A model generated the notes under the pieces. It was not told where the DNA came from and did no database searches. It saw only the letters and a list, made by a program, of their open reading frames with translations. This document shows positions 60,028 to 64,000 of a DNA stretch of 64,000 nt, in pieces. The stretch spans positions 16,041,875-16,105,874 of the forward strand of contig OZ037768.1 of NCBI GenBank assembly GCA_964035545.1. Direction: 5' to 3'. The DNA comes from Bugula neritina. Its lineage: Eukaryota; Animalia; Bryozoa. Position 1 is the first letter of the stretch. Each line of letters starts with the position of its first letter. The translations under genes were made by a program, and so were the position numbers.

Positions 60028-63000
60028 ATGGTGAAAATTCACCGTCTTCATAGCATGGCGGTGAGATGAATTTTATTTTATACTTCTTTGTGTACCAAAC
60101 ATTATGTTATTATGAGTCACCTTTCTGTTAATGAAGAATACACTGCATCAGAAAGAGCCTAAAGGAACTTTATAAGTATAGTCTGTAAACCCCACCATCA
60201 TGTATTACTGCAAATATTCACACTAAAGTGCAGTAGAAAGGCAAATTATGCTTAACTTTGATTTGTAATTTGAGGTTTGGTATTAGGGTTTAAAATGTGA
60301 TTACTCTATTTTATAAGCAGACAACTTATAAGGCTGGTAAACCCCAAACTCCAGAAAAATTAAAAATGGATGCACTGTAAGATCTGGGATATATAAAATA
60401 CGTTATGTTTCTCCCTGCTAACATTCTATTAGTGTATAATATATATGACTTTTTATGACAATTCTGGTGTAAAATCTCTAGTACTATGTATTGTTTATGT
60501 CTATCTCTTATCTATTGATTAAATCAGTCAGTTGGTTTAAATCAATCATATTTGTACCAAGCAAAGCTGTGTAACATTATACACATTACTTATACCAAAC
60601 TGTAGCTAGCTGCAAATCTATTGAAAATGAGTGCACAACTCAAGTGACAAGATTTTCACAGCATTTCAATAACTAGTGTTATGGTCATGCAATGCATGTG
60701 TTGTGCTGATCCACCTACAAACTGTTGTATTGTAGAAAGTTTTTACATTTATTGTATGAATTGTACTATAAATACTTTATATCCATAATTTGAGCACAAT
60801 TTATTTAAATTAACTTCTGTGCTGTATTGAAATAAATTTGCTACCACAGCCATGCACTGCAAAGAAATGACTCTGTATACCGTATAGAGATACTGCAATA
60901 AATAAAACAACCTACATGTATATATGAAATACAACAATTGTGATTATATATGCTGTAGGTTCCCAAAGAAGAGAGCATCTACCCTGCAGCTGTACACACA
61001 GTTTCAGCTTATGGTGAGACTCACTATCAATCAATGCTGATATGTAGAACTTATAGTCAAATACCTGGTGTCTTACTTGGCCTACTCTCAATATACTGAA
61101 AGAGCAAAACTTGTTATGATTGTTTATTGAGAAATATTATAGTTGCTAGCTAACGTTGTTTAGATTTTGAAAAAGAAATTAAGTTTTTTACATGTATAAA
61201 AAGTTTATTGCATGTTGTTATTATCACATGATAAAATTGGCCATTACAGCAAAAAGTCAAATTAACTGCTTACAAATGTTTCCTAATTTGAACTTCAATC
61301 CAACAATTCAATTATTCAACTCACAGATTTACATACACTTAAAATGTTATAGTTGTAATATTCAATTATTATATTGAAAATATATTATTAGAAGCATTTC
61401 ATTACATACATCACTAGACACTAGAACTGATTACGCGCAGCTGCTGTGCTTTTAGTAGAGGGTCTCTGCAGCTTCTAATTAGTATACCAACTGTTGGGAT
61501 AAAAAGTAATTAAGGACTGCGATGTTTACTATCTACAAATGAACTGCAGTTTTTGCAGCTGCATTTCCATAATTGCCACAGCATGCTATTTTTACACCAA
61601 GTAATTTAATTTATTTGAAAACAAAACAAACTATAAATAAGTATGAAAGTTTATAATGAATAATCAATACTGTAACACACTGAAAGAAAATTTACCCTCT
61701 GTCTGGCAGTCACTATGTGTAAATGTAAGGTATGCAGCATCAGTGTTCATACTTACATGTAGAATTGAAAAAGAGCAGCAAACAACAACAAACCTTCATC
61801 TCTCGTAAGTAAACAGTTGCTAAAAGAATATTGGTTGTTGGAATGTTGTGTGCTTTGTAATTCAATTATAAAATCGTATAATACTTTTTTATTATTTTGT
61901 AAATTATTTTGAGATTGCAGTAGAATCACATTTACATAAAATATGAGCAGAATTTAGAAGATAGAGGTGATAGTAACTGAATTAGTCAATTATATCTTGT
62001 TTATATAAATAAATAAACAAATAAATAAATATATATATATGTGTGTAGATATAGCTCTTTGATAATCTATATTTGCTTTTGGAGTTATCACCCCTACTAC
62101 TAATGGTGAAGCTCCCATCAACAATCTTCTTTAAAGCATGGCTAACTTTGACAACTTGATTATACTCGTTTTTGATTTATCCTTTGTTGTTGCTGAAGAA
62201 CCAATTACGTGCTGTTGTACTCCATTTGCTGCTAATTCATATTTACTATGATTATACTCTCCGCATAACCATGATCTATCACCCTATCCCTATACTCATC
62301 TATTACCCCTCCCATAACCATTTACCCCTCTTCACTTTGCTTCTAACCCAGTAGTTATATTTGATACTGTGCTCATCCACTTTTTGTAGCATAGATATTT
62401 TTTAACTTCAACTATTGTACTTTTTGTTTCATGACTGTCCAGTTTCAAATATTGATAAGTAAAACACTTGGAAAACATTTCAATAGATGGAAATTGAGCT
62501 AAGATTTACACAGAAAATTTATTGCAGCAGAAACTATTAAAAACTGATAGCAACTCATTAGATCCTTATAAATATTGTATGATTACTATATAACTTTATG
62601 TTATAAGCTGTTTATTTGGAAATGAGTAATTAGTCTTCTAGTAATAAATGAAGTAACGGAATCGCTCCTCATTGATCTCCCTAAATAGATTTTCAATTAT
62701 CATATAGCCACATGTCAACTTGAATTCCCTAGAGTATTTTTATGCGCTGATATAATAAAGAATATAATCAGATGAACGCTGCAGCAATGCAGTAAATAGG
62801 CAAATATACAAGCCTTATTCAGTCAAGGAAATTGATTTAACATTTAGTTGTTAGGGATGGCGCATATACTCGTATAAGCTGAGGCTGCACGACCCTATTC
62901 TTATTGCAAGTACGATGCAAAGAGGAGTGATCGGATTGCTTGCGTCATACTATTTTTTGCTAGTCAAAATTAATTTGAGTAACTGAGTATATTATTAATC

Positions 63001-63970
63001 TACAGTTGATCTCCTAAGAGATTAGCTCTGGATTAGCACTCCATCACTCACTGATAGCGCTTGGCATTTTGACCTTTTAACACGTATAAAGAAATGGAGA
63101 AGACGAAGCACAACAATGAAACTACAAGTAATGTAGCTATTGAAATTGAGGATGAAGCAACATCTAGTGGCTGTGAAAGTGACACTGGAACAGAAGTGGG
63201 AAATGAGAGCTTGACATCACTGGACTCAGCGTGTGACCAGACCATACATCAACTCAGTATAATAAATATATTAGAAATATCATCTTCGTCTGACAGTGCA
63301 GTTTCTTCTGCAGATATTGAGTCTGAGCAAGAAGAAGCAATGTCCAACGCCATGTCTTCCATCAGCAGCAGCGGCAGCCAACTAGAAAAGACTGTTAGAA
63401 TACAGAAGTTAGAAAGTGTTATTAAATCGGTGAGTCAGTTGCCATCTTTAACAGAAACGTAACTTATAAACACACAACTTCATTTGCTTAGTATGAACTC
63501 CGACTTTTCGGAATGGTCTAAAGAGAAACAAATGTTACCGGCTGTATCTCAAAAATATAGTAGAAGTGTATTGGAATCACCCAGATGTAAGTGCACAGTG
63601 ACTGTGTCTATTGGTTTTGTTGAGAAGATTTTAATCAATAATTTATAAACTAGTTAAAGTAGGTCTGTTTTAATTTCAATCACTCAAAACCACCCACAAA
63701 AATTTCAAGTAAATATATTTGTTGCTTTTTGTGATCAAACCTTACATGTACAAACTTGAACTAAATATGTGTTATATTTTGTGATCAGACCATACAAGTA
63801 CAAACTTGAAGTAAATATGTGTTGCAGAAAAAAGAACACAAGATAAATACTGCAAGGCTTCTTCAGAAACCTGGATTTCTGTCTTCCCCGAGTCACAATG
63901 CTAGTAGATTCTGCAGAAAGCCAAAGGAAAGAGCAGCAAGTGAAGGTGGCTCTCCACACCATGCTATCAG
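60028..63970 (+). CDS. Unknown Ser/Glu-rich protein, 5' part; continues beyond the window
   Basis: The core exon ~63092-63429 (acidic and Ser-rich, donor GTGAGT) is the best supported. The candidate in-phase chain 60028/60055-60060, 60959-61013, 61763-61804, 63092-63429, 63828-63970 gives M..AVPKEESIYPAAVHTVSAYELKKSSKQQQTFISQMEKTKH... No family is recognised. Confidence 0.45.
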
Positions 63971-64000
63971 GTTAGTAACAGCTTGGCTAGTACAGAATTA

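Overview
This is AT-rich, intron-rich animal (invertebrate-type) nuclear DNA; the taxon cannot be determined from the sequence alone. Splicing by hand across GT-AG introns with consistent phases gives these genes: LRRCC1-like (-, runs off the left edge), a compact SOCS7-like SH2/SOCS-box gene (+, 218 aa), NDUFS7 (-), PIAS (+, 14 exons, 644 aa), a single-pass membrane protein with two PPxY motifs (-), a very divergent 7TM GPCR (-, 5 exons, 424 aa) and a Ser/acidic-rich unknown gene (+, runs off the right edge). Repeats include two hAT (Charlie/Buster-type) non-autonomous elements, two related foldback elements, a Harbinger-like MITE, a pogo-like element with poly-G/poly-C ends, three LINE remnants, a tRNA-derived SINE head, and mini- and microsatellites. 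The most notable unannotated signals are: two dispersed minimal type-I hammerhead ribozyme motifs (Penelope/retrozyme type); recurrent hexamer-phased AT-rich tracts beside the putative promoters; two JAK/STAT inhibitors next to a PPxY adaptor whose promoter region has a perfect NF-kB site; and a GPCR lacking the DRY, CWxP and NPxxY motifs. No prokaryotic-type system such as CRISPR is present.
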